Part shown: positions 51,473 to 64,000 of the stretch, in pieces
How positions within the stretch are numbered: position 1 is the first letter of the stretch
How the letters are laid out: the number at the start of each line of letters is the position of its first letter
NCBI GenBank assembly: GCA_964016885.1
Contig: OZ024747.1
Coordinates: 45,570,001-45,634,000, forward strand
Reading direction: 5' to 3'
Source: Eledone cirrhosa
Lineage: Eukaryota
DNA length: 64,000 nucleotides
Position numbers and translations under genes: made by a program
The notes under the pieces: model-generated
Database searches by the model: none
What the model saw: the letters and a program-made list of their open reading frames with translations, nothing else
What the model was told of the DNA's origin: nothing

Positions 51473-52114
51473 CTCCTTATAATATATAACCAGCAATTTC
51501 TCTGTCTGTCTGTCTGTCCGACAGTGGAAACACGTGCGCGCGTGCGAATGTCTTTTGCGCACGCGTAGAGAGAGAGTGAGAGTAAAAGAAAGAGACAGAC
51601 TACGAGAGGGGGATAACGGGAGGGAGAGAGGGAGAGAGAGAGAGTGAATAGACGCTAAAACACGTGCGTGCGTGCGAATGTTTTTTGCGCACGCGTAGAG
51701 AGAGTGAGAGTGAAAGAAAGAGACAGACTACAAGAGGGGGATAGCGTGAGGGAGAGAGAGAGACGCTGGAAGAGGGGAAGGAAAGCTATGTCTTGCTGTC
51801 TGCATTACGATACATATATATATACACACACTGAGCGCGTCATAATGACGTAATACAGACAGATATTATAAGGGCGCAACGTTATATCTATGTATCTATC
51901 TAAAAAGAAAGACTAAGAATTATATAGAGAGAACGGTAAATCGCCTAATGCGCTCCCTAGGGCATTGAAAATTTGAAATAATATTTTCTCAAAACACTCA
52001 TAGGACCATAAGTATTACATGTCTAAAGTTTGAAAACAATCGGTTGGATGGTTCTCAAGTTTTAGTGAGCTGACAGACAGAACAGACAGACATTCTCTGT
52101 CTTAGATATATAGA
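51473..52114 (-). mobile_element. Helitron-like 5' module, left arm of inverted dimer (composite)
   Basis: Minus strand begins TCTATATATCTAAGACAGAGAATGTCTGTCTG; 51830-52114 matches 15270-15569. Confidence 0.7.
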
Positions 52115-52151
52115 CTAGCAGAAAACCGGCCCACGTGTGGTTTTCTGCTAG

Positions 52152-53019
52152 TCTATATATATAAAACTGAGGATGTCTGTCTGTGTGTGTGTGAGTTTGA
52201 ATCCCTAAACCTCGAGAACCACCCAACCGACTGTTTTCAAACTTTACACATGTAATACTTATGTTTCGGGGAGTGTTCTGAGCAAAAAGAATTTCAAATT
52301 TTCAATGTCCTAAGGACCGCATTAGGCGATTTAGCGATCTCTCTCTATAATTCTTAGTCTTTCTCTTTTTAGATAGATATATACATATAACGTCGCGCCC
52401 TTATAATATCTGTCTGTATGTCTGGCTGGCTGTCTGCATTACGTCATTTCCTTGAGCATGTGTGTGTGTGTCTGTCTGTCTGTCAGTTTGAATCCCTAAA
52501 ACTCGAGAAGTACCCAACCGATTTTTTCAAACTTTACATGTGTATTACTAATGTTTCAAGGAGTGTTATGCACATACAAAATTCAACTTGTTCATCTCTT
52601 AGGTGAAAAAATGGTTTTTAAAGCTTTTTCGGGTTTTTTGAGGCGTTACGTCAGACCGATTTCCTTGAAATTGTAACTATGCATTAGTCAGTCTCTTCTT
52701 CATACTGTGAGCAAAGAAAATCCAAGATTTTTATGGCTTATGGCTCGCAGTAGGTGAAAAACTTCATTCTTTCAGCTTTTTAGGGCTTTTTTGAGGCGTT
52801 ACGTCTAGCCGATTTTCCCGAAATTTCAAGGCATATTAGGTGAAAACCTGCATTTTTCCTGCTTCACCGAGGAAAATCTTAAAGATTATCCAGCCATCAG
52901 AGTATTCGGTTTATTTCCTTTACATATTGTCCAGGCTTGCAGTTTTTCCACGATTAGGTCTGTTGGCGGCCCGCGTTCCAAAATACCTTATTCCATGCAA
53001 CGCCGGGTACCACTGCTAG
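52152..53019 (+). mobile_element. Non-autonomous Helitron
   Basis: TCTATATATATAAAACTGAGGATGTCTGTCTG ... CCATGCAACGCCGGGTACCACTGCTAG|T; internal duplication of the 5' module. Confidence 0.82.
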
Positions 53020-54169
53020 TATATTATAAAAACCTTTCAATCTTTCTCACTTTCTACTCTAGAGCCCTTGTGGGAGACTTTTTGTAGTTGCTTCGCCAGC
53101 TAAAAATAGCTTCTAGATCTCTCTTAAATCTCATTTTACCGTCTTCAAAAAGAGAAGAACGTTGGCTGATGTAGTTTGATCTAAATTTTATCTGAATAGA
53201 TTGAATAGTCACTTTCAAGCATAGTTTCCATCTATTCAACATGTGTTGGCCAGTAACTAAACAATACAATCTCATACACCCCCTCTTTTCTTTTTCTCAA
53301 CCCCTCTGTTTACAAATAAAGAAAAGATAAATAAAATAAAAGAAGTAAAGCTTTCTTCTTTTTACTTTCATCTGGTTAAAAGAAAAGGTGATATCTCAAT
53401 AAGTAGGCAGCTGATAGAGCCGTTTCTATATTGAGTATCGTTAAACTTTTAATGAATATGACAACAGATTTGCAGTATAAATTTTACACAAATATCTTCT
53501 GTAATTACTTTGTATCCTAATCCGAGAGCATTTCTTTCTAATTGAACATTTATCAAGCAATGTACAATTGAACCTTAGTAATTCATTAACTTTTAGGATT
53601 AACATTGGAATTTATCTATCATAAATGATAATTAATAATATAATTTATTTTCGTTTTGTTTTAAACAAAACAATAACAAATTCAAACAATTATTTGAAGA
53701 AATAAATGATTTATATGTCTGGCTAGAAACGGATCTTTATCTTGAATATTTGAATCAAAATCTTCTAAGAAATGCATCCATAGTAACATATTCCCATTAA
53801 ATACACTTGTAGTTGAATACCAGTCAAAGAGTCATTTGAATAATCTCAAAAAAGTCTTAACAAGATTTGTATCTAGTTAACTAGCTTTATTAAGGTGGTG
53901 TTTATATATAGCTTTCTGGGGTAAATCAATTTAATTTCTTGTGAGATGTAAAGTACTGCTTGATATATCATTTGAAATACTCAAACAAACTGGATTTGAT
54001 AGAGAGCTAAAGAGATTCTTTGTAATGTAATACAAAATCGTTTATTTATTGTTTAGTACAAATTTTGAAAAGCAAGCATTCATTAAAAATCACAAACCTT
54101 TTTTGAATTTCATATTGTACATGTGTTCAATAATATAATTATAATTGAGTATTATATATTTTGTATAAG

Positions 54170-55000
54170 ATGTCTTTGACTTGCGGAGTGATCTCCGCTT
54201 TGTGAGTCTGCAGTGAAATGCGTCTAAAATCACTGTTCTCCTCTTAATTGCTTCTCTAGCCTCTGCCGGGACGGTTAAGTTCGCCAAGGTTAGCTCTTGT
54301 TTAATGAGCTTCCATGCCTGGGTCAACTTTTTATCGTTTTGTCTAAGGTCCATCATAAAGCATTCCCTTAGTTTTACTGCTGCAGCAACGAAATAATTCT
54401 TGTTGTCGGTGCTGCTGTTGCCGATGCTGTTACTGGTCACATTGTTGTTGTTTTTGTTGTTAGTGTCGCTGCTGCTTTCTTCAAGTTGCTCTTCTTGTTG
54501 TAACTGTTGTAGTTGGTGTTGTTTTTTGTGCAGTTGTTGTTGTTGTTGTTGTAGTTGCTGTTGTATTAATTACGTTGTTGTTTCCGTTGTTTTTTTCACT
54601 TGTTTTGTTGTTGCTGTTGATACTGTCGTTGTTCATATTGTTGGTGTTGCTAATTTTGTGTTGCATGTTGTGTTTATAATAATGTTTTTTATTTTTTGTG
54701 TACCCATAATGGTACTTGTTGTTGTGTCCCTTCTCTCAACCTTTAGGCCGCTATCACGAGGCGGCAGACATAATGTTGGAAGGTGTCTTGTCCATTTTTT
54801 TTTAAATAAGCAAAAAAATATATGAAGTTCAAATATTTGGGCCCAAAAGCCCAATTATTATAAAGTTCCCCTTCACAGGGCAAAGACGGAAATGTTACCA
54901 GCCTTTTGCAAAAGATATAGTAAATAATACAAGTAAAAAAAATCTTGAAATCCACTACCTTGCAGAGCTTACAAAAACACGTCTTCATTGTCTGACAGCC
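54170..55000 (-). mobile_element. Tx1-like copy 4: 5' UTR and ORF1 N-terminal fragment of a divergent family, 3' part lost
   Basis: Starts right after (ATT)n; UTR shares GCTCTG(T/C)AAGGTA with copy 1; hairpins then ATG at 54795; N/T-rich low complexity then FVAAAVKL (cf. FAGIAKNL). Confidence 0.6.
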
Positions 55001-55044
<44 letters not shown>

Positions 55045-55330
55045 TTTCTTTATTGGCCACAAGTGCTGACATCAAGAAAAACATCACAGACTGAACAGGA
55101 CGGTACGATGTGGGTTTTGTGCGTGTAAATATTTTTATTATTTATATAAGAAAAGAAAAAAGACATAAAACATATATATATATAAACAATAAAATGAAAA
55201 TTGAAACAAGGAAAAATTCCCCAATAGGGGGAAACCTCCGAGGGTTACTCGTGGCGAAAACCACACAAAAGACCACAGCCACCCTGACTACCAGGGCAAG
55301 CGCCCTCTCTCAATTTTTCCATCTCTCAAA

Positions 55331-58300
55331 CTACAGACGTATATTCACTCGGACCATTCTCGCTACATTCACCCACCTTTCAACAAACTTGCTAGAAAGC
55401 AGCACTTGCCTCTCCACCCGGATTTTCCTCTTCAAGTGAAACTTGAAAAAGTTAATTAGGGATTCGCCGAAGAGGAAAGTGTTTGTCTTTAATCCTTTTA
55501 ACCTTGTCCACCACACAATCTCTTTCGCCATGGCCACCAGGCAGATGAAAACCGCCTGCCCTTCCTACTCAAAGCAAGACGGTGAGACCATCTGCACAAT
55601 GGACTCAGTCGACAACCGGATCAGTCCTACACGTGACAGCAACTGTTCGACATAGCTCCACAAGTCAGCAATGCTCGGGCACTGAACGAGTGCGTGCACA
55701 ACGGTTTCGTCGCTATGCGCGCATCTCGGACAGGCTCTGCTGACGGCACTTCTGTGCCTGTAGAGCTTATCTCGAACCGGCAGCGCTCCCCGGTAGCACT
55801 GCCAGGCCAGGGATTTTTGGAAGTTATCCATAGGCCCCGGGCTGAAAGTTCTCCGGAAGACAGCAAGCAGCTGATCTTCTTCGACGCCCAGGATCTCTCC
55901 GAGAACGTCGTCGGTCTTCCCCTCCACTCGTCCTCTATAGAACGCCGAGGTGGATGTTCCACCGATACTGGTGCCCAACTGGGAGAGGGCAGTGAGCGCC
56001 TGGAGACATTCCAGTTTCCAAGCGCTATCCCTCGGTCTTTTTCTGACCCAGGACTGCAGCTCCGTCAAGGAGACGAGTTGTGGGAAAATGTGCTTGGCGA
56101 ACGGCGACCACACCCGTTCACCATCAAGGAAGCACCAGAGATGTCGCAGCCTCAGCGCATGTTTGCGCATCATCAGCCATGGCATGCCAAGTCTTCCACG
56201 CAACGGTTGTTGACAGCAGATGGATCGTCTGACCATGGGAGCGCGTCCCTTCCACAAAAAGCGGAAGAGGAGGCGCTCCATTTTGGTGAGAGTTGGGCTG
56301 GAGCAAGGGACGACGGCGAGGCGGTAGCAGATGATCGATGCGATGTACGCATTCGCCACGTCCGCCCGGCCTTTCAGGGACAGCTTCCTCTCAGCCCATT
56401 TCTGGGTGAGGGAGGCCACCCTGCTCGTCACCTCGTTCCAGTTTTTCTCCATCTGGAGGTCCTGTCCGAACCAGACCCCGAGCAATTTAACCGGTCCGTC
56501 GGTCCAACGCCCCACGACGCTGTCGGACGGCATGGAATTGCCTCTCCAGGTGCCTAGCTGCAAGCCCACCGACTTTTCCTGGTTTATCTTTGCTCCTGTC
56601 ACCGCTTCGTATTCCTTGAGAGCGGTGCCGAGCATCTGGACGTGTCTGGTGCTCGACACCACCACGGTGACGTCGTCAGCGTAAGCCGACTCGGATTTCC
56701 CGCATCCTAGTTCGCGCGGGACGCCCCTCATCGCCCCCAGTTTGTGCAGTAACGGCTCGAGAGCCAATACGTACAAGAGGGACGAGAGGGGACAACCCTG
56801 GCGAACTGAGCGCATGATGCTGAACGGCTGCGACAGGTGACCGTTCACCCTCACAACTGAGCAGATGTCGCTGTACATTGCTGCGATCCAACGCCTGAAA
56901 ACGGGCCCGAAACCAGCTGCCTCGAGGACCGCCGCCAGGTACCGATGGTCGACCCTATCGAATGCTTTGGATTGATCCAAGTTGATCAGAGCCCCACCCT
57001 TGCCAGGTTCCTTAACCACCCTCTCTATGATGTATCGCATGAGGTGGAGGTTGTCGTGTATGGATCTGTCCGGGATGGCGCATGTCTTCGCCTCTCCCAC
57101 CAGACCATTGACGACAAGCGCCAACCTCGTTGCTAACACCTTGGCCAAAATCTTGAACTCTGCGTTTAGCAGGGTTATGGGCCTGAAATTATCAATAACA
57201 TCCCCCTTGTTTGGGTCTTTTCTCAGCAGCGCCACTACTCCCCGGCTCACAAAACTAGGAATGCTCCCGTTCTGCTGCCAGATGCAGTAGACGTCTGCCA
57301 AGAGGTCACCGAACAAGTCTGGCATAAATGCATAAAGCTCGTAAGGCAGACCATCTAAACCTGGCGATTTACCTCTTGTGCAGTTAGCCATCGCTTCCCG
57401 TATTTCACCGGCTGTTATTGGCTTTTCGCAACACTGTGCTGCGGTCGTCGAGAGCCGAGACAGTCCGTCGAGGTATGCACTGAAGTCCATGCTCCGATCC
57501 GGGCCGCCGCCGCTCCCGAACAGTTCAGCAAAGTGCTGCTGAAAAGGTTCACACATCCGCTCGGGTTCGAGCATCACGCACCCGTTTTGGTCAGACAAAG
57601 ACCGAATTGTGGCTTTATTGCCACGTCGCGCCTCTGCCACCCGGGCCCATTGGACGGCTTTTGTCCCCTCGTGTTTCAGAGCACGCGCTCTAGCTATGAC
57701 AACGCAGCCTTCGTGTTTTGCGTTGAAGAATTGGTCGAGTGCCAATCTCGCCGCAAGCACGTCGGTTGCGATGACTGTCCTAAACGCCTCTTCTAGCTTT
57801 CTGACTAGCTCTGCCTCTACTCTATTTTCCTCTATCACTACTCCTTTGCTAAACCTAATCGACTCTACTTTAATTGCCCTTTTCAGGGCGAACCACCACC
57901 TGTTGTTGACGTCAACGCCCACTTAACTAATACGTTAATCCGGCCCCTGTAGGCCTTGCGCGCCGGGAAGGACGCGTTCAGCTTCCAGTAACCAGGCCCT
58001 TGTCTATGAAGTCTGTCTATGTCGATCTCACAGATCACACATTTGTGGTCTGTGTAGTCGAATATTTTAAATGGTGGACAACTTATACTACCCTTATCTA
58101 GTTCCCTGCAGATTACCCTATCTAGATACGATCTGGATGACCCGATGCGGTTTGTCCATGTCCACATTGGCACATTCGGGTGATCCAGTCGATACCTGTC
58201 AGACAGTTCAAAACGTCTGAGCAGGTTGGTGAGGCTCTTGCACCCTCCTCCTCTATTCACTGGCCCCACACGATCCCAGCGTACATCCAAGATACCGTTC

Positions 58301-58725
58301 CAGTCGCCCACTAACACGAAAGAGCGGGACGTTCAAAGAAAGGTCTCTAGACGTCTGAAGAAATCTGGCCGTCCTGCCCCTGTTGGGGGCGTAGACGGCT
58401 ACTAGCCTGAAAGCATTGTCTTCGCTGCCGGTGACGTCCAGCACCACCGACTTACCTTCTGGGTCCAGGAAGATGGCCCGTATCGCGAGAACCAAGCCTC
58501 TCCGAAAAAGGACGGCAACCCCTCCCCCGATCCTGGACGGCTGGGAGATGCGTATACATCGTAGCCGCCGAAGATCGGTGCGAAGGCCCGTACCTCGGAG
58601 ATTCTGGTTTCACTGACGGCCACCACATCTATGTTTAGTGACCTGAGGTCATTGAGCAGGTGACCCTGCTTCCAAGATGACCCCAGGCCACGTGCATTTA
58701 TACTGCCTATTCTGAGTACAGCCAT
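55331..58725 (-). pseudogene. Tx1 ORF2, frameshifted
   Basis: Fragments 58402-58725, 58253-58495, 57883-58317, 55565-57922 and 55331-55537 tile copy 1 ORF2. Confidence 0.95.
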
Positions 58726-58757
58726 GTTGGATGAGAAACGGGGCAAATGAGAAAGGG

Positions 58758-59952
58758 TCACTTACCTTGTTCGTGTGGTGAAGGGACAGTAGAACCGTCC
58801 CTTTCGCTGGTCATGAGTATTTCCAAGAGGATGTCAGTGTATATCCTCTTGGTAACCGTCCCTCTGAAGTCTCCAACTGCGTTGGGGAATTTTTGTTTTA
58901 AAGGTTTGTATTGTTTTATTGAGATTTCGATGATGCTTATGTTTGTCGGGAGAGTTCTTGGTGTTGGTGGGGTGTAGTAGTTTTTTTCCGTGATGTCTGT
59001 GTGCTGCTTTATATATTTTATGAGTTCTTTTTTTGCTATATTTATGGCTGTGTACATTTTGGCCCTCACAATTTTCTGCCCGCAGTAGGAGGGCACCAAG
59101 ACTAACTCCTCACTCTTTAAGGTTTCCAAAGAGTGAGACTTTGCTTCCTGGGGGGGGGGGAGTACGTCTACTGTGGCGTACTTTCTGCCTCGGGTGATGG
59201 GGGTTTTGCGTGCCCAGACGCACCCCAAGGCCTTTTGGATTTGAGCCTCCGTGGCTTTCTCCACTCGATGTGAGATTTTGCTTACGGTGCGGTAAGTCAC
59301 CGTTCGTAGCTGCTGGTCCTTGAAAAAAATCGGGTGGAGGTTTCAGGAAAACTATTTGCGCTTCTTGTCACCATGGCCCTTGCGACTGCCATCTCCTCCT
59401 CTGTGACTAACACTGTCTCGATATTTCGGGCGACACCTGCAAAAGAAGTGGTCCCTTTTTCAGCAGCACCACTATTGCTGCTGCTACTGGTCTTACTGGT
59501 GGTGCTGAGGTCGTTATTACAGGTATCGGTGTCATTGTTGTTCTTTTCGCTGGTACAGTTGTTGGTGTTGTTTTCGTTGATACTGTTGCTGCTGTTGCTG
59601 TTATTGTGGCTGTTGTTATTAATGTTGTTTTTGTTGATACTGTTCCTACTATTATTGTTGTTGTGGCTGTTGTAATTGTCATTGTTATTGTCGTTCTCGA
59701 CCTTACCGCTGTTATTTTTGTTATTGTCGTTCTCGACTTTACCGCTGTTATTTTTGGTGTTGTTGTTGGTGATGTTGTTGGTGTTATTGTTGGTGTTGTT
59801 TGTGTTAGAAATATTTGTTAACTTTAAATCTGTAACAATCTTTTTTTCCTTTGTAATACCTCCGCTGGAACGCTATCTTGTTGACATGCTGATAAAGTCT
59901 CCCTTTCTCTGTGTTGTCTGACAGCGCTCTCTCTCTTTTTTATGTTATCCAT
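58758..59952 (-). pseudogene. Tx1 ORF1, frameshifted and internally deleted
   Basis: TYRTVS..KATEAQIQKALG..LVPSYCGQKIVR fused to the C-terminal domain TAIN..FPNAVGDFR. Confidence 0.88.
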
Positions 59953-60349
59953 GTTGAAATTTTTCAAAAAATACTTTTACACAAATACGAATACGACACC
60001 CCGTAAAGGGGTGCCGTATTATTTACTAGTGAACCCCTGTATTAGGTGGGTCACTTCTTCTAAACTTTTATCAAATTTAAAACTTGAATAAAAGGTTTAG
60101 AACGGTTGAAAAAGAGGTAAAACGTTGAAAAAGACTGGAGGCGATAAGAAGCGTGGCTTCGCCAACCAATAATAATAATAATAATAATAATGAGAAGAAG
60201 AAGAAGAAGAATACACTTACGGCTAGAAAAATTATGCTGGAAAAATTACATGCATAAAGATGAAATTATAGAAATAATTAAGTTAGTAAAGGCTAATAAC
60301 TGAAACATGAAATGCAGAATGTAAAGAAAGAGAATATATATATATATAC

Positions 60350-60388
<39 letters not shown>

Positions 60389-61460
60389 AAAGTGAGAGTG
60401 GTGAAAGAGAGAGAGAAAATGAAATTAAAATAAAAAGCTTAAAATAAACAATCCAAAAGACTGCAACAAAAAGATTATGTGGCGTTTTTGGTCACAAGAA
60501 TATATTTAAAAAAATACAAGAAATAATAATTGTTTCTACGTTAGGCACAAATGGTAATTTGTATTTTGATGGACATAAGAGATAATGAGAAGTGAGGACT
60601 GATGGCTGAAATCGTTGGACCTATATGGAAAAATCTTTTCGTCATTAATTCATATTATCTTACAGTGCTAACGACCTTATTTTGTTTGTCTTATGCTAAT
60701 TCAGGAACTGATACATTCCGTCTAAACACCACTCTTCTTTTGCTAAGAAAAAGTGATGAGTGACAAAAATAAAATATATAAATAAAAATAATATATGAAG
60801 AAAAAAAACATGAAAAACAAAATGAATAACAGCAAATGAAAATGCAAAAACGTAATGAATAACAGAAATGAAATAACTAATAGAAAAGCAAAGAAAGCAA
60901 CGAAAGAACGTATTCTAGAATATTCATTCACTCAACGTGTGTATTTATTTTAGATTCCTGCTGGAATGGTGGCGTTGGATTTGGTGTTGGTGGTTTATTG
61001 GAGATGATAATGTAGAGTAAGTGAGTTTATTTGTCTGGGTGTTTTAAATTCATTCAGAAACAAGACAAAAAATAGTTTTAAATAGTTTTGGTTTCTTCGA
61101 CAGACTCTCTATATATATGTCTAAATGGTTATTTAATCAATTCGATTAAAGTTTCATATGTGGGGAAAAAGAAAAAAAAAACAGCCAAAATAGCAACAAA
61201 ATAAATATACAGTATAGTTTTCTTTCTTTGTCTTCAACTTGAATTATTTTTATTTGTATAATAAGATGCAAATTATATATGTCAAACGTTATTTAGTATT
61301 TATTTCGTTTTTTTCTTTTAGTATTTTTATTGACTTTCGTTAACCATTTGGGTATTTATTAATTGTGTTTTAAAATATTTCTTAAGATAATTAAACTTTT
61401 CTTAAATCAGTGTATATATATATATATATATACATGCACACACACACATGCATACATATA

Positions 61461-61495
<35 letters not shown>

Positions 61496-61581
61496 AATAT
61501 AAGAATAAACGTGGTGCGTGGTTGCTAATGGGTTACATATAAATAAAGTTAGTCCTATATATATAGTAAATTAATAAATTT

Positions 61582-62090
<509 letters not shown>

Positions 62091-62110
<20 letters not shown>

Positions 62111-63666
62111 TCTTCTGAAACTAAAAAAAAAAACAATCTGTGAACGCAGAAGTAAATATTTCGAAAAACGTTGCAACTGAAGGAAAACAGGAAGACGATA
62201 CATTGTTTCGTGAACGGAAAAAAGTGAAGATAATACGTCGTTATGTGGTCCGATGAGAACAAATACATGCAAAGACAAAACCACGTTTATGGTGTCAACG
62301 AAGTCATAGACTAATATTCTATTTAGGAAACAGAATGATTCTTGGCTTCGGAGTTAAGAATAATTGTTTCTACTTTTTGGGACAAGGCCAGCAATTACTA
62401 GTGTATTACTGGTTCTTTATTTTATCGACCCAGAAAGGATGAACGGTAAAGTTAATCTCGGCGCGATTTGAACTCAGAATGGCAAGGGCCATAACCCTAT
62501 GTATCAAAACATGGTGCCCAACCCTCTACCGATACTGCCAATCCACCGCCCTTTGGAGTTAAGAATAATTGTTTCTACTTTTTGGGACAAGGCCAGATTT
62601 TACCCAGTGTATTACTGGTACTTTATTTTATCGACCCCGTAAGGATCAAAGGCAAAGTTAACCTCGGCGGGATTTGAACTCACAATGGCCAGGAGTTAAG
62701 AATAATGTAAATAAATTAGTAGAACTTACGTCGTAATGTGGTAGCTAAGTATATTTTATGTTTATACTATTACTTATTTGAATATGTAAGTATACCTTAC
62801 CCGTATGCTTTGTGGAGGTACGTATACTTTCTCGTACGTATATATGCTTGTATTTGTTTAGGTGTATGTATTATATATACTGGTATATGTGCATATGGTT
62901 ATGTGTATATGTGTATTTTGAGTTTGTGTGTGTGTATGCATGTTTGTACGTATGTAAGGTGCGTATATGTGTACATTGAGTTTTGGTATACGTACGTTTG
63001 GTGTATTTACCTGTAGGTTTGCGTGTGTGTGCGTTATATACGTATTTATGTGTGTATATTTATATACCTTTATATAATTATATGTATACACACACACATA
63101 TTTTTTATGTGTATTTGGTGTACAGGTTCGTATGTGTGCAGGGACATGTGTCACGCGGATTTATGTACGTGTGCGCGTGTTTATGTGTACGTGCCTGTAT
63201 ATGCCTGCATGGTGGGTGTTTTCGCGTATGCACGTGTATGTATGTATATAGATGTGTGTATGTAAATTTTAGTTATTATTACTTTTATGATTTTAATAAC
63301 CTCTTTCATTTTCGTTCTACTAATTTATTTACATTATTCTTAACACCGAAGCCGAGCATCATTCCTAAATAGTTTCCTAAATAGAATATTGGTCTAATGA
63401 CTCTATTTATACCATAAACGTGGTTTTGCCTTTGTGTGTATTTGTTCTCATCGCCCCACATAACGACGTATTATCTTCGCTTTTTTCCGTTCATTGCCAG
63501 GGAACGTCTTCACGAACCAAATTATCGTCTTCCTCTTTTCCTTCGGTTGCAACGTTTTTCGAAATATTTACTTCTGCGTTCACAGATTGATTTTCTTTAG
63601 TTTCAGAAGATCCCGTTAAGGGTGAAAGCAGCAATTATTTGCTTAAACTTTAACCTGTTATTTTAA
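62091..63666. mobile_element. Long-TIR foldback/MITE-like element
   Basis: 62091-62331 is the reverse complement of 63372-63666 (with indels); same family at 15128-15243. Confidence 0.7.
62361..62691 (-). mobile_element. Two tandem SINE-A copies with triplicated target site
   Basis: GGAGTTAAGAATAAT at 62350-62364, 62555-62569 and 62692-62706. Confidence 0.92.
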
Positions 63667-64000
63667 TATATATATATATTAAAACAACAGGTTAAACTAA
63701 GAATATCAGTTGCTTTAATTTGAACGTAAATACATCCAGATCAAATCAAAGACAACGACAAAGTCAAGCACACCTAAACCATGCTCTTACATTCAACCTT
63801 ATTCCATAAACTTACGCCGCTCAAAGAGGAGTTAAATCACACACGTCCTTTAAAATTATTTTCCAGCTCTTCCTGCAAAACAACTAGTGACCTGAGCTAA
63901 TTACTGGCCTAAGGATGGTGGACATCATCAGATTGCTGTTCTCGTGTTACATAGATTCTATATAACACACACATTGATATGTATGGATGTATATGCATAA

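Larger units (their letters stand above)
55043..60167 (-). mobile_element. Tx1 copy 3, near full-length, decayed
   Basis: Same architecture as copy 1; (AAT)n at 55001-55042 and 60168-60191. Confidence 0.95.

Noticed and set aside
55210-55270. HDV-like ribozyme in Tx1 UTRs
   Set aside because: Only simple hairpins; no P1/P2 nested pseudoknot found by eye in 3' or 5' UTRs. A covariance-model search would be needed to exclude it

Overview
AT-rich, microsatellite-dense eukaryotic DNA. The repeat repertoire suggests a cephalopod such as Octopus, which is inference only. No host protein-coding gene can be supported. The window is dominated by mobile DNA: four minus-strand Tx1/L1-clade non-LTR retrotransposon copies (one full-length with both ORFs open at 3456-9472, one 5'-truncated, one near-full-length but decayed, one 5' fragment), about 19 copies or fragments of a tRNA-derived SINE ('SINE-A') with (ATT)n tails, two CORE-type SINEs, several RTE fragments, non-autonomous Helitrons, MITE/foldback elements and minisatellites. 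The most interesting signal is a coupled Tx1 LINE/SINE system. All three intact Tx1 5' ends abut an (ATT)n tract, LINE and SINE share a 3'-terminal motif and (ATT)n tail, and the tails recreate the target, giving head-to-tail arrays and triplicated target sites. ORF2 of the Tx1 also lies between a conserved perfect splice donor at the ORF1 stop and a canonical acceptor in the 3' UTR, suggesting a spliced ORF1-only mRNA. Two homologous minimal hammerhead ribozymes with covarying stems and recurrent (TA)n-centred fold-back palindromes are also present. Boundaries of decayed repeats are approximate.
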